A stretch of 64,000 bases of DNA from assembly GCA_002633005.1 (NCBI GenBank), contig NMRA01000496.1, forward strand, positions 1,005 to 65,004. Direction: 5' to 3'. The stretch is from Phoronis australis (taxonomy: Eukaryota > Animalia > Phoronida). Both the position numbers and the translations under genes were made by a program. The notes under the pieces were generated by a model. The model was not told the DNA's origin. It made no database searches and worked only from the letters and a program-made list of their open reading frames with translations. Shown here one piece after another: positions 1-13,863 of the stretch (its first letter is position 1; every line of letters begins with the position of its first letter).

Positions 1-2428
1 TCACACTTTATTTCGAGCGCATGGACTTATCGTGGTCACCAGTGCAAATGGTTGGTAGCATCTTCTGCCGTGTACTAAGAATGAGTGAGTTATTGAAATT
101 GAAATTTCTAGGTCCAAAGTACACCACAAAACTCCAATAATACTCAACAAATTTCTCTTTCAAAATATTCATTCTCTTCCTGCAGTTATAGGAGCCAAGT
201 CCTGGCCTTGTTAACATCCGAAGTAGAAGTAACGCCTGCTCTACACGTGACATTTTTTGGAATTTCTTCACTTATGACACATATTTAGTGCCAAGTAAAC
301 ACAAATCGGTATCACGTGGTATTTTGTTGCTAACCAGCCTGTGTTTCCATATTGGACATTTTTCAGTGCTGTACAAAGTTGAGCTATTTTGAGGCTTTTG
401 GTTGCATACAAAACTAGTTGTTTAATACCTTAGCAACACTAAACTCAAACCGTTCTTGGGAAACTTTGGTATATGTATTAATACGAACATCACACTGGCG
501 GATTTCAACGATAGAGGTGCATTTTAACGGCGATTTGATGTTTTATGTTTTATGTTTGCCCCTGCAACTCCGGACAATGAGGTAAATATCTGTCTGTTAG
601 CAAGATGATGACACACTCCGATTTTCAAGACGGCTGAGATAGTTTGCGTCACTCGGGAGCCATTTTTGTGATATTGATGAACACTTCTAGAAGCTTGATT
701 TTAGCCGATGAACTATTGGTTATTTAAACCCTTGGAATTGCTTTAGTTACCTGCTATGCCTATCCTGTGTAATGCCAGTGCTTCGAATATAGTGAGACAT
801 TTACATGTAACTCTACACAAAAATAAAAACAGATCCCTGAACACTTTTTTGTTCCAAAGGTTGTCAAGATTTGACTCGTTACAAACGGAACAGACATTGT
901 CACATCAATGAATGTGAAACCATATTTACTTGAAAATAGTAAAAAACACCTATTGCCTTTTAAGATCGGTTAAATTGCGATTTTGTAAAGAGGTCATTTA
1001 GTAAAAATTACCATAATTTCAGCTAAGTGGTGTGCTAGAAAGATAATTTTCAAAATACAAATCTTAAACGTTCAGATTTTTTCAAAGACATCAAAGAGAT
1101 ACAAGAACATACATGAACAAAAACGACTCAGGAAAGCCTCAACATGTAGTCACGAGACCAAACACAATTGTGATAGCTGCCAAAATTGCGTAAGATGTTA
1201 TCTTTGATGCAAACAGACGGGCTTAGAAACATCACTTGAAAACTGCATGACAACTATTTTTACACAAGAACATTTTTTGCAGGACTTACTCTAGGAAATT
1301 GTTAGCCATGACACAAAAAATTAGTGTAAATAATTCCTGTAAAACAAATTCCTAGTGGATTTGTGAGATTGTGAAATTCACGATAACTGAAAAATAATAA
1401 ACGGGTAATTTGGCATGACCTTCTCTCACAAAACGCAATATGCTGTATACAGGTAGTCTATTTGGCAGCCAACAATTCATTCATTGTGTTAGACGTCGTT
1501 GGTCATTGACAGGAAAAGATTAAAAGTAATTGGGCACGGACAACGCCTGTTTGAGAGCTCTCCCTTTTTGAAAACAGTGATTCTATGCAATTTGATTCAG
1601 ACAAGCCATAGAATATTAAAAAAAAATCTGAATCTGAATGGATTATAATTTATCATAAAGTATCGTCATTCATTTGACAACTGTAACCTTCCTTTAGTAC
1701 ATGTATGTCTCACCATCAGGGATGGCACTGTCGTTTGATTTGAAGTAAAGTTCGAGTTATAGGTGATCTTGTTGGTCCTCAATATTTTTGAGTCACGGTT
1801 TAATTCCTACCTGAGCCAACTTCAAAAAAAATTTGCGAATGCTGGGTTGAATGGACAGTTTAAGTTGCACGTGACGGCTAAGACAGGCATTTGCTTGTTC
1901 TAAGTATACGGCTGTTGGCTTTTCACACTTTAACTCACGTTTTGCTCTGCCTTGGCTTTTCTTAAACACAAACTGCTTGCTAACGGGAAATTAAGCAGGA
2001 AATTTTCCGGAATATTCAGGAGACGTACAGATAATTTGGATTTTCAAAACATTTTGCTTGTCCACAATCACTTTTAACCTGAATCCTGTAATGCAGAGCA
2101 TTTTGTCAGTTTCAAGGCATCTTTTTTTAACTTCTTAGTAATTGCATGCAAACCATGGTTTTGGGGTCAAACTGCTGATTGTGTTCGTATTTTTTCAAAA
2201 TAACCAGCTGCACTTCCGGGATTCATAAAGATGGAAAGTATTACATTGGAATCAGTTTCAAGAGCCTTTCTTGAGTGCCACTAAGTGGTGTAATAACACA
2301 CTAATGACCCCTGCAGATGTGTTATTGCGGCGCAATTCAATGTTAAATCCACCAGTTTACTAAATAATATTTATATCCAAGTGGTTGTTGAGTATTCACA
2401 TAAAATTGGTCACCATTGTCTCTCATAC

Positions 2429-2601
2429 CTGGTCCCTTTATTTCACTTGACAGTTTTTCCACCAGTTCTGCAAGTTCCTCCAGATGGAGCTGGTGCAGCA
2501 TGTGGGTTAATTCACTGTAATCTCCAATATTAATTATCACTTCCCGCTGAAGCTGTTCAAGAAGTTCCTGAGTGCTTGTTATATTTTGCAGTACTGCTGG
2601 T
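2429..2601 (-). CDS. Exon: second half of death effector domain
   Basis: Acceptor ttgcttttcag, donor CCAG|gtatga; 173 bp, phase 2->1. Encodes PAVLQNITSTQELLEQLQREVIINIGDYSELTHMLHQLHLEELAELVEKLSSEIKGP, which fits the helix 3-6 pattern of DEDs. Lies within ORF 2343..2636. Confidence 0.8.
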
Positions 2602-3329
2602 CTGAAAAGCAACAAGACATTCAAAATCACATCCATCTAAAATCACGCCTGCTCACAAAAGCCTGAGCAAAAGTTGTACATGAGAATAAAAAACCTTCGT
2701 GATACAAATCAGGACGATTCCACAGTTCTCAAATAACAACATTGATGAAGATCCTCAATAGTTTTAGCTCATCAGTTTCACCCCCATGATTACCTCAGTG
2801 ATGGGACTACTCTAAAAAAGAGTATCACGGGGAGGGTACTCTAAGATTTAACATTACGTATTGATATTCAAATTTCTTGAACCGATGTTAAGCCCCCGTC
2901 ACACCAGAGGAGCGGTGCCACCACGGATTTTGGTCAAAACAGTCATTACGTAGTGACACCGTCAGTGGTATTTTCATAGTTTTCCCCTACCCGTCACACA
3001 TGCTTTCTTACGGTGCTACTCAGGTACAGGAGCGGAGCCACGGCGGTGTCAAGGAGGACATGGAGATTCCATGAGGTACCACTGCAGCTTGATGGCGGTG
3101 CTATTGCGATCATTGGTGGCTTGACTGCTAGGCAGCTCTACGGGACCTGTGAGGTGCCATTGTGGGGAAGGCAGTACTACTGAGGCGCTACTGCGTGGAC
3201 GCTGCTGCTTCATAACGGCTCTAAGACGTACGCGCAGTGGTTAGTATATGGGAGGTGGTATTTGGTGCAATTCCGTCCCATATTTGCTCCTGCGGAGGAC
3301 TTTGCTACAACTGTTATTGTTACTGTTAC

Positions 3330-3625
3330 TGTCACATTCTGAAGCCGCTGAAACTGTCAGAGTGAGGAAAGCCAGCAAGAAGCACATGACGAGTCTTCAC
3401 AGGATGAGCACGCTGATTGTGCTTCTGGTGCTGAAGATGCTGCAGAGTCTGACCACCAGTCCGTAACTAGCCAACCAAAGAATAAAAAGTCTGCACTGAT
3501 CTTAAAGAAGAGGACGTCATGTCGGACTTGCCATGTGGCCATCCGGAGCTTTATAACAAGAAGCTCAATGCTCATAAAGATAACATGTAGAAGGACTCTT
3601 CGTGGGCTCAGCAAGCAGCCAGGCT
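3330..3625 (+). pseudogene. Harbinger Myb/SANT (MADF-like) ORF remnant
   Basis: One frame reads ...HPELYNKKLNAHKDNM*KDSSWAQQA..., similar to the MADF-type ELYxxxxxxYKDxxxKxxxW pattern. It converges on the transposase as expected for Harbingers. Confidence 0.55.
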
Positions 3626-3639
3626 TGATAAGCCATTAG

Positions 3640-4350
3640 CATTCCTGCTGATATGGTATCGCGCATCAGACGTGTATCCATCTCCACCAACATCTGTCCA
3701 GAGGAATTGGTATTCAGCGTCAACAACTCCCATCAACACCATTGAATAGAATCCTTTTTAATTGTGAAAGAAGCTTCCACTGCTGGGAGGTTTGCGAATT
3801 GCGACGTGCTTTCCACCCAGAGCCCCACAGCAAAGGGACGTCCTAGCGCTGCTTGAACTTGTCAGCTACAGCTTTACATTCGTCTTGGGTCGTAGGGCAC
3901 TGGATCACCTCGTCTTTAGACGCTTCAGCAATGGCCTGGCAGACTTCCTTGACCAACACAGATACTGTGTTTGCTGGTATCCGGAAATCGAGCTTGATTA
4001 GAGCCCAAGTGACGAAGAGATGCAGCCACATTCGTCCCTGTGTACAACGCCTTTCTGTACTTACTGTCCTTCTTTGTGATATGTGATCCAACCCTGACAA
4101 GTAACTCATCAAACATCTCGGACTGAATCTAGGTGAGGGAATTCTGGCACCGGGCTGGACCCTCTCTACTGAACTCGACCATAAGCTGGTTGTAGTGGCC
4201 AAAATGTTCACGTCTCACATCGCCCAGCTGAGGTCTGTCCCAGTGTCTTTTTCGTCTTGGTCGTCTTCTTCTTCGCTCCAGGGCAATCATTGGTTGCTCA
4301 TCTTTTGACTGGTATTGCTGCACATGCAGCAACTGCTGTATGACGATCAA
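3640..4350 (-). pseudogene. Harbinger/HARBI1-like DDE transposase remnant (frameshifted)
   Basis: Fragments FDELLVRVGSHITKKDSKYRKAL, FRIPANTVSVLVKEVCQAI..DEVIQCPTT, then GALGGKHVAIRKP..SG..F and V.DAEYQFLWTDVG are typical of Harbinger transposases. Confidence 0.85.
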
Positions 4351-7300
4351 ATTTCTATTGTTATCTGTTATTCCGTTGAGCTTTCAATACTGACTGTCGA
4401 TCTCAACTCAAGATTTTTAGAACACTGAAATTTAAGATGAAAAACGAACCTTTTATTCTAAAAATTAGGATTGCCGTAGCACTGCGCAAGCACCTCGGTG
4501 CAATCTCGGTGGAAATGTCATTGCCGCAAAAGCAGCTCAAAAACGCCGCCGTGGGATCGAAGTAGCACCGCAGTAAGATGGCCAAATTCCTCGCTGACTC
4601 CTCAGTGGTATTCCCTTACCCTCAGTGCTTCTATGGTAGTACTGCAGTAGAACCGTTACGAGATCGCCGTAGTGTCGCCAGTCTACGTTTTAGCTGATTG
4701 CACGCAGTTGAACTGAGGAAGCACGGCGGTGATGGAGGTGCTTCTGCGGTCCCTGTATGGTGCCACGGCGGTCATGAGAATGTACTGGTGATCCCACTGC
4801 AGAGCATGTTCAAAGTTTCCGCCGTTCCATGGCGAAGGTCGGCGGTTTTGACAGTTTGCCGTGGTGCTACGGCGACCACTGACGGAACCACTGCGGTACC
4901 AAGAGTGGTATTTGACACAAACTTCAAATCACTTGTACTATATCTCTGGTAGATACATGTACATTGGAATCGTGTCCAATTCCACGATGATCCACGGGGG
5001 AAATAGTATTGAACAGCAAAGTAATAAATATGGCGCTGCAACAGTCTAACCCAGTCTGTAATCGTCGACAGTAGTGCACGTCAAGGTAGAAACACGTCTG
5101 TCAATTTTCATACGTGAATTTTTCTTTACACTGGTTAGTCCAATAGGTAGGAAAATTGCAAAACAGTTTATATGCATTAGGAATGACCAAAAGCTAACAC
5201 ACAATATGTTGAATCCATTTAAAACATTGTTATTGTGTGTTGGATAGAATTCATTTACCATGCTTCATGAAGATCCGTGAAGGATTTAAGAAATGTAAAC
5301 AACCATTTCAGACAAATTTATTAAAGATCCTGCATGACGTTTAGGACCATATACCACCACAGACGAAAAAACAAACAAACGTCATAAAGAGGTGCCACAG
5401 CAGTCGAAACTTTCCCAAAGTCAACGTTAGCTGTGGTGTTCTCGGTAGAAATACATATGTCAGTTTTCAAAATGTTAAATATACTAGAGACTTTACAGAG
5501 AAGTGCGTCAATAAACATTTTATAAATTCAAGAAAAATGGTCACTGGCACTAAATGGCTTAAAATACGTCAATAATATACACAGTCATAGCTATATTCGC
5601 TTTTACACAAACTACCCTACAGTATATGCCAACTTTTACAACAATCCGTCTAAGCAAGTAATAATTACGGACGTAAAGGAGAAAACAAATAGCCATTAGG
5701 TGGTGCCACCGTTGTGAAGAGCCATCGAAAAATTATCGTAAGCCGTCTGCGTCCCAGAAGGACCACGTATGTGTTCACAATCGTCCTTAACGTATATGAA
5801 TATGCCAATCTCATGTTAATATGTCAATCCTTAAAATAGCTTGGTATAGAGAAAGCGGACGCCAAAAACACTTAATGACAATTAAAGCGGCAAATCCGTG
5901 TTGGTGGTGCAGAAAACATGCACGTCAATTATCTCCCTGCAGAACGAGAAGACGGTGACGCATTCTTTAAAAATACCTACTTCCCAACTTTTATGAAAAT
6001 TCACTCATAATTTGGAGCATACAAGCCGAATCGTAAAAACCTACATCGCAATTAAGCGGCATTCCACCGCGTAATCGGATCCGTCCAAAATTCGGTCATA
6101 CCGTACAATCCATGATACGAACATGTCTGCAAAGTTGACAAACATCCATGCAGAGGTTTTGGAAATAAAACAGCGAATGAAGGACAGATGACCACCGAGC
6201 AAACGAACGTGGCACGAAAGGATGCCGGTAGAGGATGACTGTATGACGCATTCGCACATACATTGTACATGAACAGTGTAGGCATATGGGTGCATAAAAC
6301 GAGAAAGGATTGAACAACATTGTAAAACAATAAACTGCAGCAAAATTGGAGGTGAAGAGAAAATATTTTTCAAAAAAAGGAATTAAAATGGTAAATGTGT
6401 TTAATCTACGGTTCAGTTTATGAAAAAACGTATACAGTACATTATACGTGTTACCTATCTTGCACGTTCTGTTTGGAAATAGACATTTAACCCCAAGTTG
6501 TGGCTGGGTAGCAATTGATACAGGTCACTAAACAGAGTGATTATTGATTGATTGTTTCCACGATCTGGCATGGAAGGAAAACTCGACAAACCTGTGAAGC
6601 AGAGTGACTTTTGCAACTAAGAGTGTCGACAATCTATTGAGAATAAGTCACTGTTGTTTCCTCATGAAACTGTATAGCTGGCGAGCTGTTGTGAACTGAA
6701 GTAATACCAGTTTACACGTTCTACAATTTGAGTGTTAAACCTTCCATAAAAAGTGTTAATTTCATTCACATATAAGTCCACGAGTATTTATTATTCAAAA
6801 ATAATGAACTACTTCCAACTATAATGAAATTAAATTTTCATTGACAACAGCGTTTAACTACTAGGCTATCTTTGATGTTCCATCAAGATTATTTAAAAAC
6901 AGTTGGAAAGCGTGAAGATAAATGAGATATCTAATAACATGGAACGTACAGGTTGATATATGAGACTCAAGTGTTGAAATTTGGTATAAGGTCACAAGTC
7001 AAACTCTACAGGCTTTGTTGTTTCAAAAAAGATTTACAGTTACTGAGATATAACTACGATTTTGAAGATATTTCGCAGAATACATGATAAGGTTCTGAAG
7101 AATTGAACCCACACAAACCTGGAACACGTTCAACATGAGACGGCGCCAGTGGTGCCATGTACACTTGTTTTTCAGTAACTCATTTCAAGCGAAATCTCGT
7201 AGTTTTGGCCATTAAAAGCTTGTTTTCGAGCAAAGGCGAGTGATTTCGTATGATTCCTCTGACAAAAATGGAGTCGTAATTCATGTTTTTGTGATCGATA

Positions 7301-7493
7301 TGGCGCTCTTTGGCTATGCTGACTGAATCAACAGCTTCTTACGCATTTTGTTTCATTTTCAAATTGGCATTTCTTGACCGACCAAAGTGGTGCTGTAGAA
7401 AACTTTATGACGAAGATTGATACACGGGCGATTACTTTCAGTCACTGTGGAGCATATGATTTATTCGTAAACATGTTATGTTGTTTTTCTTAC

Positions 7494-7605
7494 GTAATCC
7501 AAACTTCACACAACCCCCTTAGACTTTCAAAATCACGACCAATGACACGTTCAGCAACTTCATGTAGCAGCTGTTGATGAAGTTTCCTTGCCACTCGCCG
7601 TTCTC
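7494..7605 (-). CDS. Exon: first half of death effector domain
   Basis: Acceptor tatttattctcag, donor ATTAC|gtaaga; 112 bp, phase 1->2. Encodes ERRVARKLHQQLLHEVAERVIGRDFESLRGLCEVWI(T), similar to the DED pattern F/Y.qLL.ei.e.L...dl.sLkfLc.d.I. Its phase matches the 2601 acceptor exactly. Confidence 0.8.
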
Positions 7606-7824
7606 CTGAGAATAAATAGACACATTTCTTAGTTACGTTAACATTACAGATAGCCGTTGTTGCACATGATCTAGCTGTCCTAGACATCGTTCTATTTAGT
7701 ACCCCATTGAATTGAGGAGAATCACAGTTGTTGGGAGCTTTCCATCATAAATATTTCTAGTGTGTTTAATTTTGGTCGTTATTTTGGCAAAAACGAGTGG
7801 ACCCCGTGATAGTTAAGTCACGAG

Positions 7825-9760
7825 ACATTCTTTCGATGGCAGGCATGAAATATTAAAGTTCTTGAGTTTTAGCAGTACTCTAGAAAAGTGTCCAAATTTA
7901 GCCAAAATCTTATCTGAAAAATAAACGACCATATTGATACGAAACTTTCAAACACCATGTTTTATCCATCGATTTTTAAAATTTTAGATCAGAATTTGTT
8001 TTTAAAAGTTTGATATTCAGCATGAAGCATTATCAAATATATTATTCAAAAGGTTGTTTGAAATATATTCTAAAAAATCAGTGCAGGCGGTCTGATACAC
8101 GTTGTACCAGACGTGCGCAGGCCTCACATGTGGGCCCATTGCACTGATCACCTGATTGTTTGAAATGAACAAAGAGAGGAAACTTAGAGAACTGTGATAT
8201 ACATGTGGTCTTCATCTTCAACATCTACATTAAACGAAAATTAACCATGCTATTAGAACCTTGCAGTAGTGTTGCAAGGTTACGTTATATAATCACGTCT
8301 ACTTCATACGTATATTGTGTCACTGGAATGCTACCACTACACAATACTTCCAGCACACTGAACTGGGTTCCATGATGGTGAGATTTTTCATGATGCGGAC
8401 TAAAAAATGACTATACTTTGTTGTTAGCAGGAAGAACATTTGAAAATACAAAACGTTGACAACCGCTAATGGATATTCCAGCTCTTCAGCAAACTGTTTA
8501 CCGTGTTTTACGTAGCCACAATACGATGTGACCATGCCTCAATACTACAGTACATAAGCTGGCAATCCAGACTGTTGGAGAATGTTGTCAAGTCTATCAA
8601 TGCGGTAGGGTGCTTCACATATAATGTACGGTAATATTTTAAGGAATGTTTCGTCATCTTACTATTTGACGTCGTCTTTCTCTGTACACCCTAGGCAAGC
8701 CGACCAGGAGGGCGTACCGACAGTGAGGTAATAAGTGAAACAAGCAAACTATACCAAGATCTTCCGACGTGGAGGGGATTCAACGGTGCAAGTGCATGCT
8801 TGGGGGATAACTTGCATATCCAGGTAAAACTCCTAAATGCACAATTTGGCAGCGCTACAGAAATGATTGTTGTTTAGGAAACGATACCTCTTTTAACAAC
8901 ACAAATGTGAAAGCGTGGGCTTTCAAACATGCCGAACCATTGGTAGTTTTGACACAGCACCTCATTTACAGGCATGTTGGAAATTTCGTGCATGTAATGA
9001 ACAGCTGCAGTCAAAGTGAATGAAAGTTGAGGTCGAAATATTGTATAATGATACTGAATACACTATTTAAATTGGGAGCGCCGATGTTTCGCTTGGGCCG
9101 TGTGGGTAAGATAATAGATTACAGATTTTAGGACGAACACCAGGTTGATTCCGGCAAAAAATCCCAGCTTATTGTACAATCCAATATCACCAACATTGTA
9201 GTTTGTGCAGCGATCACCATTTTTTCCACTCAAGGTCAGGCTAGTAAGTTCGCTAGCATTCATATAAAACACAAACATTTCACTAAAGTGATTTTGCGAA
9301 GTATTCAGATATCTTGCTTTTTGGTAAAAATAGGGCTACGCAGTGTTTTTCCGTTATACGCCAATATGGTGAGTCAAGTTCACGCTATGGAAACTCAATT
9401 TTTCTTACCCGTTGTAATGGAGGTTAGTAGAATAGCAGATGGCGTTCCGCTTGCCGACTCTTCCTGAAACGAAAATGAAATTCAAAGCACAGAAAAAGTT
9501 AATAGTACAGCAACATACCCTCGAGGTAAATCTGTTAACCTGAAAAACACAAGACCTGGCAAAGATCTCGAAATTACTATGGATGGTTTTATGCTTTGCC
9601 TCTTAATTATTTACTGTATTTACCGGGATAATAAACAACAGGTGGGTCAAAATTGCTTCAAAACTCATTCATTTTAAGTTCATTAAAATAACATGTTTTA
9701 AATTTCGAAGAACTGTACAGAGACATTAAAATTGAAGGCCTCGGTGTTGCAATGCAATAT
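7825..9760. repeat. Diverged direct duplicate of intronic segment 16620-17600
   Basis: Shared blocks include cagtactctagaaaagtgtccaa, ttgtttgaaatgaaca, gttcacgctatg.aaactcaat, ctcttcctgaaacgaaa, gttaatagtacag and gcctcggtg.tgcaatgcaata, in the same order. This copy has about 1 kb of extra sequence. Confidence 0.75.
8755..8832 (-). CDS. Candidate linker exon after UPA (EFYLDMQVIPQACTCTVESPPRRKIL)
   Basis: Acceptor tgcatttag and donor TTG|gtatag; 78 bp, phase 0->0, open, and reads plausibly after ...AVKVH. A further 0->1 exon would still be needed to reach 7605. Confidence 0.3.
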
Positions 9761-11002
9761 ATTTCAATGCTGTCAGATTTTTTAATATGCTGACGGGAAG
9801 TGATCCCTCGGTTGTTATCAGCATAGATAAAACAGTCCATAACAATACCATAAATAATACAAAAAGCAGTAGTTTGATCAATTACATCGGTAATTGCCAC
9901 AATTTATTACCACAATACTGTACATGAACATACATATACAGTATGCAGAAGAAATAAAAACTGTTCACATGGTGCGAGTAGAGCGCTCGTAGGAAGTCCA
10001 CCCGATACAGGATAAGTGCTGGTGCATCCTGGATAGTTTAATCTTTGAGCAATTTTGATTCGCAAAAAACCTTTATCTTTTGAAAAGCTTGCGAAACACA
10101 AGGCTAAATGGATCCTAGATTGATCCGTTCTGTAGCATTGTAGAACTTTAAATTCTCTATACGTGGCGGTGATTCTTATAGTAATTGAAAAGTAATCATG
10201 TCTGGCCACTTTAACTGGGCTTTTTCTCATCCATATATTATTGGGTTGGATTATGTGTTCTGCAAGCATAAACTAAATCATATTATTCCCCATACTTTGT
10301 ACCCTCTTGATATTATCTGTTGTAGACAATCTGCCGCAAAAACCTGGACTAAACTCCACCCCCCCCCCCCAAGCCAAATAGAAAAATCTGAATTTAATTC
10401 AGCTATAATAGATTTTTAAAATTTTGATAGTGATCTGGGCACGTTTCAAATTCAATCATAACAGCGAAAGGTCTGACGAAGACCCGGTTAAAATCGATGC
10501 CTAAGCGTCTAGGTGACCTCTGGAGACGAACAGTACTGCTATGTGACGTTATTCCCAATCAGTGGCATGCCTCCTGATGTGCAATGTACTTACTCTTTTA
10601 CACAAGTTTCGCACTGTTCCCACACAGTTACCAAAGCATATTCGACAGTATTTTCAATGTTTACAGTCACATGACTTCCTGTTCTGACTGAAGCTTTTAC
10701 CTACGCAGTTACGTAACATCACAAAGGGGGTAGTTTGAGGCTGCAAAATACCCGAGGTATTCCCAATGAACTCTAAGACGATGGTGGTCCTATGTAGGCG
10801 TTTGTAAAGACTAAACAATTGTGAACATAGTATGTTACGTCGCTGGCGTCAGAGTTCAGCGAATGTTTCCGGGGCATTTACATGTAAATGAACTGTTGTG
10901 TTGACCGGGTGCATTCAAATGTTCGACCTGGGTGCGGCAGTCGAGTGCCAACAGTAGAACTTTTGCACCGACAGTGAAGGTTGTAACATAAGTTCGGCGG
11001 AC

Positions 11003-11891
11003 CACAGGCACCTTTAAGTAGCTCTCTACAATATATCATATAAAGAGAAAGGTACACAACTGACATTCAATATGGACGTCTGCCGGCCACTTCCGGAATA
11101 ACCCAAGCACGTCAAATCTGAGAGTAATTTAACTCAAACATTTTATCTGCGACAGCAACACGTTCATTGCTTCCATTTGTTGACATATAAAGCAATAAAT
11201 ATCATAAATACCTCCAGATCTTCCTAGTTCAATCCTCAACATTCAGGAACAAAGCGAAAAGCAAGAAGGCCTCGTATCAGTTTCGTCTAATGCGCATGCT
11301 CATAAGGTCCCTCGCGACATCTTCAGAGCGCTGACATCAACTAAAAACAGCAACATTCAGAGAAGAGGCTCTTGACAGTAATTTACGAATATGTCGTCCT
11401 ACCTAGCATGAGCATGTGAAAAAGCAGAGCTGTCTGTGGCCTCTTGAAAGTTTGACCTATTTTTGCTGTACCCAATCAGCGTGCTCATAGAGTAACATAT
11501 AAATAATGTAAATTACTGTCAAGAGCCTCTTCTCTGAATGTTGCTGTTTTTAGTTGATGTAAGCGCTCTGAAGATGTCGCGAGGGACCTTATGAGCATGC
11601 GCATTAGACGAAACTGATACGAGGCCTTCTTGCTTTTCGCTTTGTTCCTGAATGTTGAGGACTGAACTAGGAAGATCTGGAGGTATTTATGATATTTATT
11701 GCTTTAGATGTCAACAAATGGAAGCGATGAACGTGTTGCTGTCGCAGATAAAATGTTTGAGTTAAATTACTCTCAGATTTGACGTGCTTGGGTTATTCCG
11801 GAACTGGCCGGCAGACGTCCATATTGAATGTCAGTTGTGTACCTTTCTCTTTATATATTATATTGTAGAGAGCTACTTAAAGGTGCCTGTG
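11003..11891. mobile_element. Non-autonomous foldback element with 384-bp inverted arms and 7-bp TSD (P-superfamily-like)
   Basis: Arms 11003-11386 and 11508-11891 are near-perfect reverse complements around a 121-bp spacer. Termini are CACAGGCACC...GGTGCCTGTG, flanked by GGCGGAC on both sides. Confidence 0.9.
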
Positions 11892-13863
11892 GGCGGACTA
11901 ACTGGGGACCACGAGATAACGGTGTTCATATCGGATGCTGAAAGGAAGGCACTGACCAAAAATACACGATGTACAAGCTATGTGGAATACTAAGCTGGGC
12001 TCTAACTCGGTAATATTAGTTTGGGTGCCACATGGACATAGTCAACACAGTTAGGATACATATTAGTGTTTGTGTGTAAACGCTTACGGTTGAAGCTTAG
12101 TTAATTATTGTTTATTTAAATGTAACTTTTCTACTGAATTGTCTGATTAAAGTCACGTCGTGACTGCGTTTCCTGGTTTACTTTTATAGAACCAAAAGTG
12201 ACTTGGGCAGTTCATTTTGCCATCCCCAATGAAGTGTATGTCATTAAAACTCATTCGCATTTTCCCGTTGCTCCCAAGTTGTTCGATTCTATAGCCCAAC
12301 AACATGTTGGGAAGTTTACCCCTGCAGCCAATATCTTACATCACTGATTAACTCCATTCTGGCATTGATGACTGGATGGCCAGCTCTCTTTTGTTCGATA
12401 ATTGCTCTAATCTCCAATAAGATCATACCTACCTTGACTGGGCTCTGCTTTAAAAAAGAAAAGTTAAGTAATACCATATCTGAACATAAAGCAATAGCAT
12501 TTCTGAAATCTTTCTCAAATGTCAAAAGATGATCATTGTTTAGTTTGTGAATCGCCAAAATCCCACAACTTCAACTGAAGTTACAATAATCTACTCTTTC
12601 TGAACACACCAATTCACTCTGAGTTTCCCAGCGTTCACACGTGGTCTGTACTAGGCCTGGTAAATTATTGGCCTGCTTGTTGTCATAACAGACAAAAAAG
12701 TGTTCTTGGCAGTTAACAAATAAGCTAGATGTTATAACATGCACGTCTGGTTAAGTCACCGAACGGGAAATCACTGTCACGATAGGGTCAAGTTCGTCTG
12801 AATCATAAAGGTGTAGCACGGGTGACGGGTACGTAACTAAAATTGTCAACATTCCAGCAATTTTTGATGAAATTTGTACGCAAGTTTTTGGTGATTGCTT
12901 TTCCAGTATTTATCCCCCACCCTTCGGTCAAACCACTAAAATTCCCACGCCCACGGTGTGTTACTAAATCGCCAACCACAATGGTGCAGAAGAAGACGCG
13001 ATGAAAGTTTGAAATTGTGGGCCACGTAGACAGGGGAAAAGACTTTTCCAAAGTGGAATTTATTTCTGCCCTACAATAATATTTACGTCCATAAAGGTCT
13101 GTCCTGCTTAGAGAGAAATCAAGTGTAAGTACAACATTCCTCATCCAATCAAAACACATTCCAACAATATTCTTTTGCTCGCCGGTGTAATGTCCTAAGG
13201 CGACAGGTTCTCGTTTAATTCACCTGATTACATAAGCCCGCCATAACTTCAGTCTATTGTATACAAAATCCTTAATCCCAAAGACGCATTGCCATCTCAG
13301 ACGTGTCGCTGCATTGGTGTACGTTCAAAAAGATGAATCAAATGTCCAACAACCTCCCATTCACACTAGCAAGAATTCATCAAGGGGAAGAGCGATACTC
13401 TCGTTTTGTCCCACTGGATAAAGGTGTGAACCCAAGGGACATCTCCCGAGCACACAATGCGTAGAGAACCAACTCGGATTCATACTCTGGCTCAAATGTC
13501 AGGTATTTTAAACTAAATTGTTATGGCAAACAGGAGGGCCTACAACGTCGCATATTCAGGATCGTCTTGGGGTCCGCTTCATCGTCCCCATCAACGTAAG
13601 TATAAAGTATGTTTCATACAATATGGAATTGTATTAAAACAGGGAATTCATTAACTGCACGAGTCCCGGCGGATCAAATACCTGTAGTTTGGATCAAGGA
13701 GTAGGGTTAGATGAATGGTTATTTTTCATTTACGTCATTGCCAATTCAAGCCTTTCCAGCCGTTGTAACCGAAACGCTGACTCCTGATTCATACTCCAAT
13801 ACACCACACTCAACCTGCAGTCCCACACTCAAAAAAGACAAGAGAAACGAGTAATGTACTTAC

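Larger units (their letters stand above)
2892..4909. mobile_element. Decayed, internally deleted PIF/Harbinger DNA transposon
   Basis: Left end TAA|GCCCCCGTCACAC, GC-rich subterminal arms, and convergent transposase and Myb/SANT-like remnants. The right TIR is not visible, so the right boundary is approximate. Confidence 0.8.

Noticed and set aside
8-271. ORF as the next exon after the DED
   Set aside because: There is no recognisable domain and no convincing phase-1 acceptor with an open frame.
11003-11891. CACAG termini as an RSS-like Transib/RAG transposon end
   Set aside because: With a CAC terminus the TSD is 7 bp (8 bp at 51784), not the 5 bp of Transib/ProtoRAG, and no nonamer or RAG-like ORF is present.
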